Part shown: positions 25,600-37,830 of the stretch, piece after piece
Layout: each line of letters begins with the position of its first letter
How positions within the stretch are numbered: position 1 is the stretch's first letter
From: Cenococcum geophilum
Lineage: Eukaryota
DNA: 64,000 nt
Direction of reading: 5' to 3'
Assembly: GCA_050273025.1 (NCBI GenBank)
Contig: CP158635.1
Span: 9,176,001 to 9,240,000 of the forward strand
The notes under the pieces: model-generated
What the model saw: only the letters and a program-made list of their open reading frames with translations
Told to the model about the DNA's origin: nothing
Database searches by the model: none
Position numbers and translations under genes: made by a program

Positions 25600-27904
25600 C
25601 TTTTTAAAAATTTATTATTTATTGTCCTTTTTTAAGTAAATATGCTATATTTAAGATCCTAATTTATATAGTTTTGGCGCTTAAAGCAGCACTAAAGGAT
25701 TAAGCCGTAGCGCCTATATTATTCCCACCTACGCCCTATACCTTATTGTATTCGCTAAGACTAGAATAATAAGGCTTTTTTTTTTAAATTTAGGAAGTTA
25801 TACGATGCTATTGCCGCCAATAATTAAACTTTTAAATTTATTATTTACTATTTCTATAAGCGTTCTAATAGCCCTTCTAATAGGCCTTTAATGGGCCTAT
25901 TCTGCCTTTAATTAATAAAGGAATTATTATTAGCTCTCTTTATTATTGCTATCTTCCTTAGTTTTTATTTTTATTTTTACCTATAGCAGACTGCGCTAAC
26001 TCCGCGGTTTAATAGCTACCTTTAAACCTTTACTAACTATCCTCTAAAGTGCTTGCTTATTAGATTAAGCCTAAAGCCTTAACGTCTGCTATTAGAGATA
26101 TTTTTTACTTTCTTTAGGCGCAAGATAAATATTCCTACGAGTATCCTTAATCTCGGATTTAATTAATATTTATCCTTTTACTTTTAATTTACTATAGATT
26201 ATAGGCAACCTACTATTTCCTAAAAGGACTCCACTATTAGGATTTTAGCTTATTTGTAACTACGTATTAATATAATATGCGTTTTTTATTACTATTAAAT
26301 TATAGTACAGAACCTAAATAAAAAAAGCGATTAAATAAGTAGGTATACCTATAATATACCTATAACTGCTCCTTACTATAATTAGGGTTATAATAGTGCT
26401 TATAGATAATCTATTTAAACGAGATATATATTTAGTTACCCTTTTTCTAGCCCTTATAATCGCCGATGGCGTTATTAATGAAATTTAAAGTATTTTAGAT
26501 CTATCTTTACTCTAATTTAATACCTTAAATAGATTCTTCTAATTATTCTTTAATGCGGATATAGATAAGGTTTTTATACTGCGACTAATATGCCCTATAG
26601 GGAGTATAGCGGCCAACTCTGTAATAAAACTAGTAGTGCTATAAGATATAATTAAAGAGCTCGTAAAACGCGGGTGCTATAAGCGTATATTAACGGCCTT
26701 GCTAAAGAATAATTATAGAGCCTATAGGAAAGAAGTAAATATATAGAAAAGTAAGGTAATATATTATTTATATAGTTTTATACTAACATTTTAAAACTAA
26801 CAAAAGCTATTAGATAAGCTATTACTAAGCTAGTTATATTCGCAAGAGGATAAAAAGAGTAAATTTTAAGCCTCTTATAGTCGAACTTAGTTCCTATAGA
26901 GGTTACTAGTGCTTAAACTTTTAAAGCTAAGCTTAGAGATATCAAATTACCTTAAAACCTTAAATGTCTACTAAAATATAAGCCCTTAAGATATAAAGTT
27001 ATTTACAGCTTCTATCGTAATTAGCATTATACCCTTAGTAAAGTTATTTAACCGTTAGTAAAAATAGCAAATAGCGTATAATATACCGTTTATTTTCTAA
27101 AGGCTGAGCCTAATATTATAGGTTGCTGTCTATGGTATAAAAAGCGCCTTTTAAGGTAAGACTTTAGCTTAGTATAGGAAGGCGTTTGCTTATCTTTTTA
27201 ATAGGATTTTAATAAAGTTATATCTACTCTATTACTGCTAAGAGAGTAAAGCTTTAGCTACTAGGGAAATTTTAATAGCGTGACTTAAAGACTATATGCT
27301 AAAATGCCCTTGGGCTAGCTGCTCTACTTTATTTAAGTATATTAGCATTAATATCGCCAAATAGGTTGTATTTTATATTACTAGCTATTTGCTATCTACG
27401 GCCTTAAAGTATTATTTATAGAACGGGTGCCTCAGCCCTATAGAAAACTATATTAAGCTTAGCTTATACCTCTTCTAGGACTATAGCGTTTTATATAAGC
27501 TAACTTTACTAATAAGCGTATATTTCTACTATAAATGTTCTTTATAGATAGAATTAGACTTAAATTGGGCTAATTATTATTCTAGCTACCTTTAAACCCC
27601 TTCTATATTCTGCGGCCTTGTATATACTTATAAAATTGTCGCTGTTACTAGGCGCTGCCTATTTTGCTTTAGCTAATTATAATATTAACAATTTCTAAAA
27701 CCGCGTTACTTTAATATATATATTAATTAGTATATAAATAAGTTACCTAAGGGGCCAGTAGACTGTTTAGTATGTAAGTATACCTTTTAGAATCCTTATA
27801 AGTTGCGAAGTTACTTAGATAAAATCTATGGAGTTTATTTTATAGGTATAGGAAAGAGCCTAAAACATAAAAGAGAGAGAAATAACAGAGGAGGAGATAT
27901 ATAA
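25600..27904 (+). pseudogene. DUF3435-like (Starship captain-type tyrosine recombinase family) gene with C-terminal Cys/His zinc-finger region; RIP-degraded; 5' boundary uncertain
   Basis: KPKA...FL*AQDKYSYEYP*SRI*L at 26065-26165 (family pattern LWxxDxHxYxHPRxRxQ); GLHY*DF; VTLFLALIIADG at ~26435-26470; C-terminal YFLKAEP...GCC, FCGL...RCLFCF and CLVCKYTF...L.SYL..IYG; stop at 27902-27904. Recognised from memory of the family, not by search. Confidence 0.7.
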
Positions 27905-28249
27905 TTTTACGCTAGCAAGATATAATATTTATTAGATATTTAAATAATATAATACTATTTTACTTTATAATTATTCGCCCTATATTCTTACTTAACCTAA
28001 ATTAATTAATTAATTAATTCTATTTATTGCCCGATTCGGTCCCTTTTTAGGTCCATATAGGCTACTACTTTTCTATATAGGAAAAATCCCCATAGGGGGG
28101 AAAAACCTAGGTATTTTAATTTAGCTAGTCCTACGCGTTCCGCCTTCGCCTAGCCAGTATATCTTTATATCTTTTAGTCTGCCTTATATACTATGCTTTC
28201 TAGGTATATTAGAAAATCTAGGAGGTAAGGGGAGTAGGAGGGTTTAGTG

Positions 28250-31200
28250 TCTCACTAGTGTGTCGCCTATAGCTAGGCGGGGGGTAACTAGTCCCTAAGG
28301 GACCGGAATAGGGCATATCCTTTAGTGTCCTCCTATTAGATTTCGTATGCCGTTTAGAACTGTTAGAGGATTCCTTATTCTATAAGCCATTTTGCTGCTG
28401 CTTATAGGCCCCTATTTATAGATAGCATCTAGGTAATATTATTTGTGCCTACGCTAGTAAGTAGCTAGTCCCTTACTAAGCGGTAGCTGCAGAATAGTAG
28501 TATATGGCGTACTGACTGGGCAGGCTAACCGTATATGCATTAGGGTGTGGTATTTAAGACGTAGATACTTATAAGCTATACATTTAAGCCTAGGACCTCC
28601 ATCCTTAGTAGGAAGGCGGCCGTAGCTTTTACCCTTATTAGTCCTTTATATAGGGGGAGAGTTAGTATTAATTATAGGGTGTTCCATATAGCTGCGTCTT
28701 ATATTCTCGCTTCCTCCTTCTATCGTTGTTTCTACTTAAGGTCTACCTATCTTGCTATTAATATGGTGGACCTTTATCTATATTAATAGCCTCCTATCCT
28801 CTATTGTCGCCGTTATAGCGCTTTGCTAGTGTAGCTCTAGGTCTCTACCTAGTGGGCTAGTAACTCCTATATTTCCTTTTCTTTTTCTACTACTTATAGG
28901 TAGAGGGCTTCCTGGCTAGTATGTTTAGGCGTATCGCCCCTTTAAGGGGCCCTCGCTCCTTATATGTGTCTCGCTCTTTATATATATCTCGCTCCTTATA
29001 TATAGTTTAGCGTTTAGCGTATATTTTCTTCTACTGGCTGGCCTTATACTATAACTGCTCTTTATATTACAGTTATATTAATATATAAGTCTAGTGGTAA
29101 AACTACTGCTTTGCATTTTAGTGCTATGTGTGGTGTTTTCTTATAGGCCCCTATGGTTCTGCGTAGGTATTAGTTTTATAGCTTAGTTAGTAGCGCTAGG
29201 GAGCTTCTTACTAGCCCCGTACTATTTAGTCCTAGGCTCTATATCTAGGAGCCGTATAGCATTATTAGCTTTACTACAGCTATATATAGTAGGCGTGTGT
29301 ATCTAAAAGAGAGTCTCTAAGTTAAAGCAATAATTCTGTTACGGCTTAAATAAATACCTCTAAACCGAAGCTTAAACGAATGCTATATTACGAAGATACT
29401 AAGCTAAGGAGAAGGAAAAAAGGGGTCGCTAGGACCGATGTAAACAAATATATAGGGTAAGCCGCTAAGGCGCTAGCTTTGGGCGAGCTAATCGTAGGTT
29501 AGCAGAATATGGTAGAATTTAGCAGGTAACGTGTAATAGCGCCGTTACATCACCCCCCTCTTTAAAAGAAAGCCTGCCTTTAGGCTTAGTTAGAAATAGG
29601 GTAGCACTAGGCTTATAAATATAGGATTATAAAAATATAAGATAAGGAGATAAAGGGGATATAAGTACGTCCAGACTAAGTACAAAGGGCAATTATGGGC
29701 TAAGTGGAAGCACTAGGCTAGAAAGAGTAGCCGCTAAAAGTCTTAGCACAGATCTAACTAATTAGACAACTTTAACCGGCGGTCGAAGTTCCTAAATATC
29801 TAAAATTTTACAGTACTAACCGAAAACGGCAGAATATAGCAGAATTTGGCAGACAGCTATATTAGGGCTTTAGGGCGTTTTTGTCCCTATATTCTTCTGG
29901 TAACTTATTATCTTTATTATACTAGCATTCTATCTATTCGTCTAGGTACTTTAGGGGTTTAGGCGTATTAGGGTATTAGTTACAGAATTCTTTAAGCTTT
30001 TGGGGGCAGCCTATAAAGTTCCACGTAGAATACTAGGTTAGGTTAGGATCGTAGCCTTTCTATTAGATATGGTATTTTAGCGTTCCCTATACTATTTTGC
30101 ATACCAGTATTTCGTTAACCTCCTATTTATTATTACCGTTTACTTAAACTAGTAGGGGAGGCTCGTTCTTTTGTCTAGGTAATAGGTTATTTATAGCTTT
30201 CTATAACTTATCTGGCGAGAAAATAGGGTAAACCTTAATTGAATCTGGGAGCTTTATTTTGTACAAGTTGCCTATCTTCTTAAAAACCTTATATAGTCCT
30301 ACTATCTAGTAGTCTAGCTTACGGCTAGGTCGTTCAGTCTTTTAATTCCTTATAGTAACCCAAACTATATCGCTAGGGGCAAAATCGGGCTCTTGACGGT
30401 GTTTATTTGCCCGCTATTTTATTAACCTCTAAGCTTTTTCTAGGTTCTTACAGGCTACCGTCCAGGCCTCCTCTAATCGTTTAGCGTACTATTAGGCCTT
30501 AGTATAGAATAGCTTCTCTTATATAGTTTAGGGTTCTTTTAGCCTTTTCCAGTTAAAGCTTATACGGGGTAAATATCCCATTTCTAGCTAAATTAGGGCA
30601 AACCCTGTGGAGTTATAGGGTAGTGTTGCTTGCGCGTAGTCTATTAAGGGTAGTAGTTTAAACTAGTTGTCCTAGAAATAGTTAACAAAGGGCCTAAGCC
30701 TCTAGTCTAGGTACTAATTTATAATCTCTATCTAACCGTCTGTCTGGGGGTAATAAGCTATAAAAAGCTTTAGCTTAATGCCTAGGATCCGGGTAAACTT
30801 ATTCTAGAAGGCCGATATAAACTATAGCCTATAATTAGACATAATAGTATCTAGTGGTCTATAGATTTGGTAGACGTAATAGATATATAGCCAGGCTGCC
30901 TTTTTAGCATTAATGTTCTTATAATAGGGAATTAAGAATAGGCGTTTACTAAAGCGGTTAACTATAACTATAACTATATCGTATCCGTTATGGTCCCTAG
31001 GTAGTTTATAGAAGTCTATAAAGATATACTACTAAGGGCGCTTTAGTATTGGGAGTGGCTTAAGTAGTCCTAGGGTCTTATTCCGTGGGATTATAGCTCT
31101 CTAGTAGTCTTCGCAGTTCTATATATATTAATTAATATCCACAACCATTCTTAGCTAGTAGTAGCGGTAGTTAATAATTTTATAAGTTTTATTCTTACTA

Positions 31201-34200
31201 GGGTATGCCGTAGAGACTTAGCAATAAGCTTCGCGGATTAGTTCAGTCCATAGATTATTAACGTTAGGGACTATAAGCCGCTCCTAGTATAGGAGTAATC
31301 CTTCCTCCGTCTTAAAATCGGGGTCTCCCTTTATAGCTTATTCGCGGAGAGCCCTTAAGGCATTAGCCGTACGGTTTATAGTTAGGAGGCGGTTAATTAG
31401 CCCTATTAGCTTATCTAAAGACTCCTCCATTGGTGCTAGCTTATTTTACTATAAGTTTAGCTCCTTAAGGATCCGTAGGTTAAGCTGTTCTAGATAAAGG
31501 AGGGCGCGCGTCTAATATTAGGTCTTTAACTTATCCTAGGGCCCTATATCTTATTCTCTTTAGGTTAGAGTATTAGCCTTAAAGTTTTACTTACTAGAAC
31601 GATATATAATCGTAAAGAAGAATTAGGAGAGTATTTTAGCCTACTAGGCTTATTATCTAGTAAGCTGCTTTATAGTTATAAAGTACTCTAGGGCTTTATA
31701 ATCTATATATATCTTAATCTAGGAGTTTATACCTTTAAGCTTTGCGCGCTATTAGGAGAGTAATTAAATAATAGCTAATATTTCTTTATTGTATACTTTA
31801 TAGTTATACTTAGCTAGGTCTATTATTTTTAAAAAGAAAGCCATAGAGTACCATTTACTGTCTAGATATAACTGTAATAGGATTCCCGCTATAACCCTAT
31901 TAGAGGCGTCCGTTTCTAGCATTAATTTAAGGTCTAGGTTATAGTAATAAAGGATTAGGGAAGAGATAAGCCGATCCTTTATCTCTTTAAAGGCTTCTAT
32001 ATACCTATTATTAAAGATAAAGGGCGTGTCCTTCCTGGTTAGTTGTATAAGAGGTTTTACCGCAATTCCGTAGTTATAGATAAACTAGTAATAGAAGTTA
32101 TAAAAACTAAGGAAGGATTAGATTCCCTTTACTATATAAGGGGGCTTCTAGTTATAGATTGCCTCTACCTTTTTAGGGTTAACCTTAATTCCTTCTATAG
32201 TTATAATAAACCCAAGGTATTTTATATGTTTTACCTTAAACTCGCATTTTTTAATATTAACTTATAAGCCTACGTTCCGTAGTCTCTCCAGAACCTTCTT
32301 AATATAAACTTAATACTTAAGTTCGTTGTCTAAGTATATAAGAATATCATCTAGGTATACCGTGTAGAATTTGTTAAGGTAATTAAAAAGAACGTTATTT
32401 ATATACCTTTGGTACGTAGCTGGTCCGTTTATTAGTCTAAAAGAAAGAACTTTATATTTATAGGAACCATAACGGGTACGGAACGTTATTAAATCTTTAG
32501 ATGCAGGGTTTATCCTAATTTAGTAGAAAGCTTGGCGGATATTAAGTTTAGTAAAGATCTTTACCTAGCTTAGACGTGTAAGGGTCTCGTTAATTAAAGG
32601 AATAAGATACCAGTCCTTTTAAGTAATAGCGTTTAGCTTTTAATAGTTAATATAAAAATAAAGGCCTTTATTAGGCTTTTTTATAAATAAGATAGGGGAA
32701 GTAAAAGGGGCTTAACTTGGCTTGATAAACCCTTTATTTAGGTAATTAATTAAGTACTACTTTATTGCTTTTAGCTTATCCGTTAATTAATAGTAGAGGG
32801 GGCTATAGCCTAGCGAGTTATTGGCTTCTAATTAAATCTTATAATTATACGTCTAGTAGGGGGGTAACTTGTCTAAGGCCGCCTTTAAGAATGCATCCTT
32901 ATAGTTTATATAAATGGTAGGAAGGAGGCGTTTAACTAGTTCCTCGTTGGTTTCCTTAGCTGGCCTTTCCTCTCTATTATTAATAATTCGGTTAATTTTA
33001 TATATAGGCTTATTATAAAGATCTTATTGTCCTTTTAGTATATATTAAAGTAAAACGCTATAGCACTAATTACAGCGATGTTTATAGTGGGGGGGTTGCC
33101 TAATAATAGGAGCGTATATAACTTTAGGGACTTCCGGGGTACTAGCGTTATTATTACTTCTTTTAGCTCCTATTGTATCTTTTAAAGGTTATCCCTCATA
33201 TCCTATTAATACGTTCTTTTCCATACCGGTTAAATCCGTACAATTTAGACGTTATCTATATTACTATCTATCCCGCTTCTATACATAAAGTTTTTTTTAA
33301 ACGTAGCGCTTTAGGAGAGTATCTTTATCGGTATAGAGTTCTTTCTAGCTTTACGGCGGGCGTCTTCTTAGGTAAAGGCTAGGTTACAGGCCCTAACATC
33401 CTACTAGTATATAGGGTTAGCCCTTACGGCTAGTGTCTTATGGTTAGTTCGGATCTCCCTAACAAAGGAGGGCAACTTTGGTCTATCCTCCGGCTAGACA
33501 AACCGTCTTTATTACACGTTTAACTAAATATTAAAATAGGACATCTATTTTCGTCTAAGGATTATATTATAAAACCCTAGGTTTAGGATGCAAAAGGGAA
33601 TACTATATTGGCGTCGTCCGTTAAGAGCGATATGCAACTTTAAGACGTGGGTAATAGGCCGACTAGCTTGGCCGTTATAGCCTTTTACCTAAATAGGCTT
33701 CTCTAGTCGGATAGCTTCTGCATTTAGAAACTTGGTAACATTATTCACATAGGCAGTATTTATAAAGGCGAAGCTATTTACTCTAGTGTTAATAAGGGCT
33801 ATTATATTAACTCTATATCCATTTTAAGATACTATATATAGAACTATAAAATACTTTCCACCTATTAACTAACTAAGATTAATCTCTTTAAGATTAATAG
33901 GGTACCCTAGGGGGGAGTCTTTTCCTAGGGTTCTTCTTTTCCTAACTTATCGGACGTTTCTCCTTTCTCTATCTCCTTAATATCGCCTATATCCTTTAGC
34001 TCCAAGCAGGATAAGGTAAAGTAACCCTACTTATCGCAGTTATAGCATATAGCCGAGGCAGGGTTAATTAGAGTATTGCGGTAAATACTAATCAATAGCG
34101 TGGTATGTAACTGGTTAGGTAAGGCTTACTAGTGCGTAGTTATAACCGCCTTTGGTATAGGAGTAGTTATAACCTATCTTCCGGCTCTAGCTCCTATAGG

Positions 34201-37200
34201 TGTAGTTAGCGAGTTCTAATTATTATGGAGTTGCTTCTACTAATTAGGGCGGGTGTTAATCCGCTTTAGTTTTAAGTCTAATAATAGGTAACGAGCTGTA
34301 AGTTTTTCGTGGGTTAGTAGGTTATCTAAGGTTATAGCGATCTTTTCTTATAGCCGGATTGTTAGCTTATTATATAGGTCTAATTAGTAGTTCTTAAGGG
34401 GAACCTAGCCTTTTCCTATAAGGTATAGGAATTAAATCTAGAATTTGGCAAAGGGTTGGTTTAGTTTTATTATTAGGCGATTATAGTTATAACGGGCATC
34501 CCGTACTTTGTTTGGGTTAACGTAAATAGCCGCTAGGTACTATATTATCTTATTAACAGATATAAATTAGATAGGGGAGTTGTCCTTAAACTTAGCTTAA
34601 AGGTACCGTTAGGCGTCCCTAGTAGTTTAACCAAAGACATAAAGCATTTTGGCTTCTTTAGAAAGGAAGTAGTTATAGTTAACACGGAGCTTTCCTTATA
34701 CTTAAATCCTCTAATTCTTAAAGGTAGGGTCTATTTTATTAGATAGTAGTAAGGGGTCGGGGAGCTTAACGGACTTTAATTGCTTTATTATTATATCTAT
34801 ACTCCCTAGTATATCGTATTTAGTAGAGTAAATAGGTCGGCTAGGGCTTTAAAAAGGGGAAGCTAGGCTATTTTATAGGGCCGCGAGGCTTTCTAGGATC
34901 TCTTATAGGGTTTCTTATATATTTCTCGCTTTAAGACAATCGGCTTCCTAGCTAGCTGCAAGGGCGCGAATCTGCTCGCGTATGTTTACGATATTATCAT
35001 TGTCTTTAATTTCTAATCCCAATTAGATCTTAGGTTCCTCTTAGGTAGAGGCAGCTCTCTTAAATAAGCTTACTTTAGGTGCTATTATTAGCTTCCTAAG
35101 GTTTGTCGGTATTATACGCTTTGGTTTTAATTTTAGGGGTATAGGTCTAGTCCTATTTGGCTTATAAGGTGGGATATTATCTAGGCCTTCCCAGGCAATA
35201 TAGAGTTGTTTTAGTGTCTAAGTATAGCACATTAATGCGTTATTATAGACGAAGTTTCTTTAGGGTGGGATATTATTAAGGCCTTCCTAGGCAAGGTAGG
35301 GAGAGCTTAGTATAATATTATAGCTTAAACAAATGCCTCTAAACCGAAGCTTAAACGAATGCTGTATTACAAAGATACTAAGCTAAGGAGAAGGAAAAAA
35401 GGGGTTGCTAGGACCGATGTAAACAAATATATAGGGTAAGCCGCTAAGGCGCTAGCTTTAGGCGAGCTAATCGTAGGTTAGCAGAATATGGCAGAATTTG
35501 GCAGGTAACGTGCGATAGCGCCGTTATAAATTCGTAATGCTGCTAAGAATGCTACTGCTCCCCTACGGGTCGCCTATATAATATACTTGTTCTAGTTTAG
35601 TTTAGAATCTACCTAGACTCCTAGGACCTTAAGGGTAGCTTCTAGTTTTACTTTACAGCCCTAGATATTTACTGTTAAGGCTAGGTTACTACTTGCCCTT
35701 TTTTTCCTTATAAAGTGGATAAGCTAGTATTTATCTGGTGCAAATTTAGCGCCATGTTATTTTGCCTATACAATACACCTATTATACGCCTAGTTTAGCC
35801 TAGCGCAGTTTTCTACTGCTGTGTTTCCCTATATAATTAGGTTTGTATTGTCTATAAATCCTAGGGCTATTATATTCTGGCTATTATTAAATATCTCTAG
35901 TAGTTTAGATATAAAGAAGAGGAATAGGATTAGTAATAGGGGTGATCCCTATAGGATGCCTATAGGTGTTAGGATTAGTTTGCTTTTATAGCCCTTAATT
36001 ACAATCTTTATAGTACGCCCTATTAAAAAGGCTTAAATAAACTTAATTATCTAATCTAGAAGTCCTTTCTTTCTTAGGATCTATAGAAGTCTCTTATATA
36101 ATACGTTATTAAAGGCTCCGCTTAGGTCTAGGATTAGTATAGATATAGTACATCCTAGGTGGGTTTACCATGCCGCTTAAACGCTAGAGGTAATTAGGGA
36201 GAGAGCTAAGAGGGTTAATTGTTTCTTTCTTGCGCCTATTTATGTCCACGGTAGCAGCTTCTGTGCTTTTGCCGCTTCTTATATACATTTTATAACTATC
36301 TTTTCTAGGAGTTTTCCTAAGGTATTTTCTAGGGCAATTGGGCAGTAGCTTCCTAGAAGGGAGTAGTCTTTTTTCTTTACCTTTTATAGGATAACCATAG
36401 TTATTACTTTACAGTATTTGGGTAGTTTACCTCTCTAGAGGTAGGTAGTTATAGCCTTAGTAAGTAGTATTGCTATCGCTTCTGCCGCGGCTTTAATTAC
36501 CTCGTTTGGGATCTTATCTAGCCTTAGCGCTTTACTAGTGGGGAGATTTTATATAGCGTCCTTTATTTCCTTTACTAATATTATATAGCTTATTTTAATA
36601 GGTGGGGGGTAGGATTAGATGCTAATATCCTATAGGTCTACTTGGCCCGCGCCTAGGAAGAACCTCTCTGCTAGTATTTTAATTTTTTCCTTATTGTTAT
36701 TTATATACTAGTCTTATTCTGTCTAATAGAGTGCGGGTAAGTAGGGGTCCTTTAGCGTTTCTTTGGCGGCTTATTTACTCCACTTTAATATGCGCCAGAG
36801 TCCCTTATTATATAACTTAGTAGGGTTTAAGGTAATTTTTTCTAGGAATTAGCGCCAGTTATTTCTACCCTCTCTCCGTATTGTCTTCTTAAGCCTGTTT
36901 TTTAGGGCCTTATAGCTCTAGTGGTAGTAGGCTTTACCTATTACGCTATACTGTTGTCTCGGCCTTCTTACGCCCGTAAGTAGCTGGGCCGCCTTTAGCA
37001 ACTATTTACGGCGGGCGTGTTTACTAGGCTGGGCCTTTAGGCAGTATTCTTCTAGGCAGTTACTTATAGTCTACTAGATGTCCTCTAGCGATGCCTAGGG
37101 TATAGCTACTAGCCTATTAGAAACTTCCTGGGTGTATTTTTCCTGGATAAGTTTTTTAGTAGCGTATCTCTGGCGAGTTCGTTACGCTAGTGCGGTAACG

Positions 37201-37830
37201 TTAAGCGCTATCCGTATGGGTATATAGTCTGCAGTAATTGCTTATATATCTTCTAGTCCGCAGAATTTTAGTTAGTTTGTAAGTGTTTCTTATATAAATA
37301 TAAGGTCGATTATGCTCTCTTAGGTTCCTCTTTTCCAGGTAGGTTTACCGGTTAGGGTGGTTAGGGCAAGCCCCCGTATTACGAGCTCGTTTAGTAGGTA
37401 GGTCGCCTGTGCTTTGACTATAGCCTACTGCCCTCCCTACGCTATATGGTGTGTGTTAAAATCCCCTAGGATAATTACCTCGCCTTCCGCTGTGTCGATG
37501 GCCTGTTAAAGTAGCCCCTATGTAGCGATTTGGGGCCCGGTGTCCCCCAGGTTATAGACGTTAATTATACTAATTTGGCCCCTATCGGTGTCTAGTTATA
37601 GTTTATCTATATTGGGGCTAATATTATGGTAGCTCTATGCCTATATGTTAATGCGTTAACTAACTAGGAAGCATATACGGGTAGCTGGGTTTGGTTCGTA
37701 TAGGAGGTAGTATCCTTTTAGTTAGTATATTTTGCGTATTTACTTATTATGTGCCGGTTCCTATAGGGCTATTATCTGGTGCTCTTCTGGGTCTAAGCTG
37801 TTAAATAGGGGCAGGTAGTTATATAGTAGA
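28250..37830 (-). pseudogene. LINE ORF2 (APE endonuclease, RT, zinc knuckle), split by Gypsy #2
   Basis: Removing 29337-35533 joins AALRI to IALT*RLSFRYTRLLYIAVVKLIMLYGS in frame. Confidence 0.85.
29337..35528 (-). mobile_element. Ty3/Gypsy chromovirus LTR retrotransposon #2, nested in the LINE
   Basis: 213-bp LTRs (29337-29549, 35316-35528), TSD AATTC, PPT AAAGAGGGGGGTGA; RT VYLDDILIY at ~32335-32360; RNase H LETDAS at ~31905; chromodomain at ~29950-30130. Confidence 0.97.
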
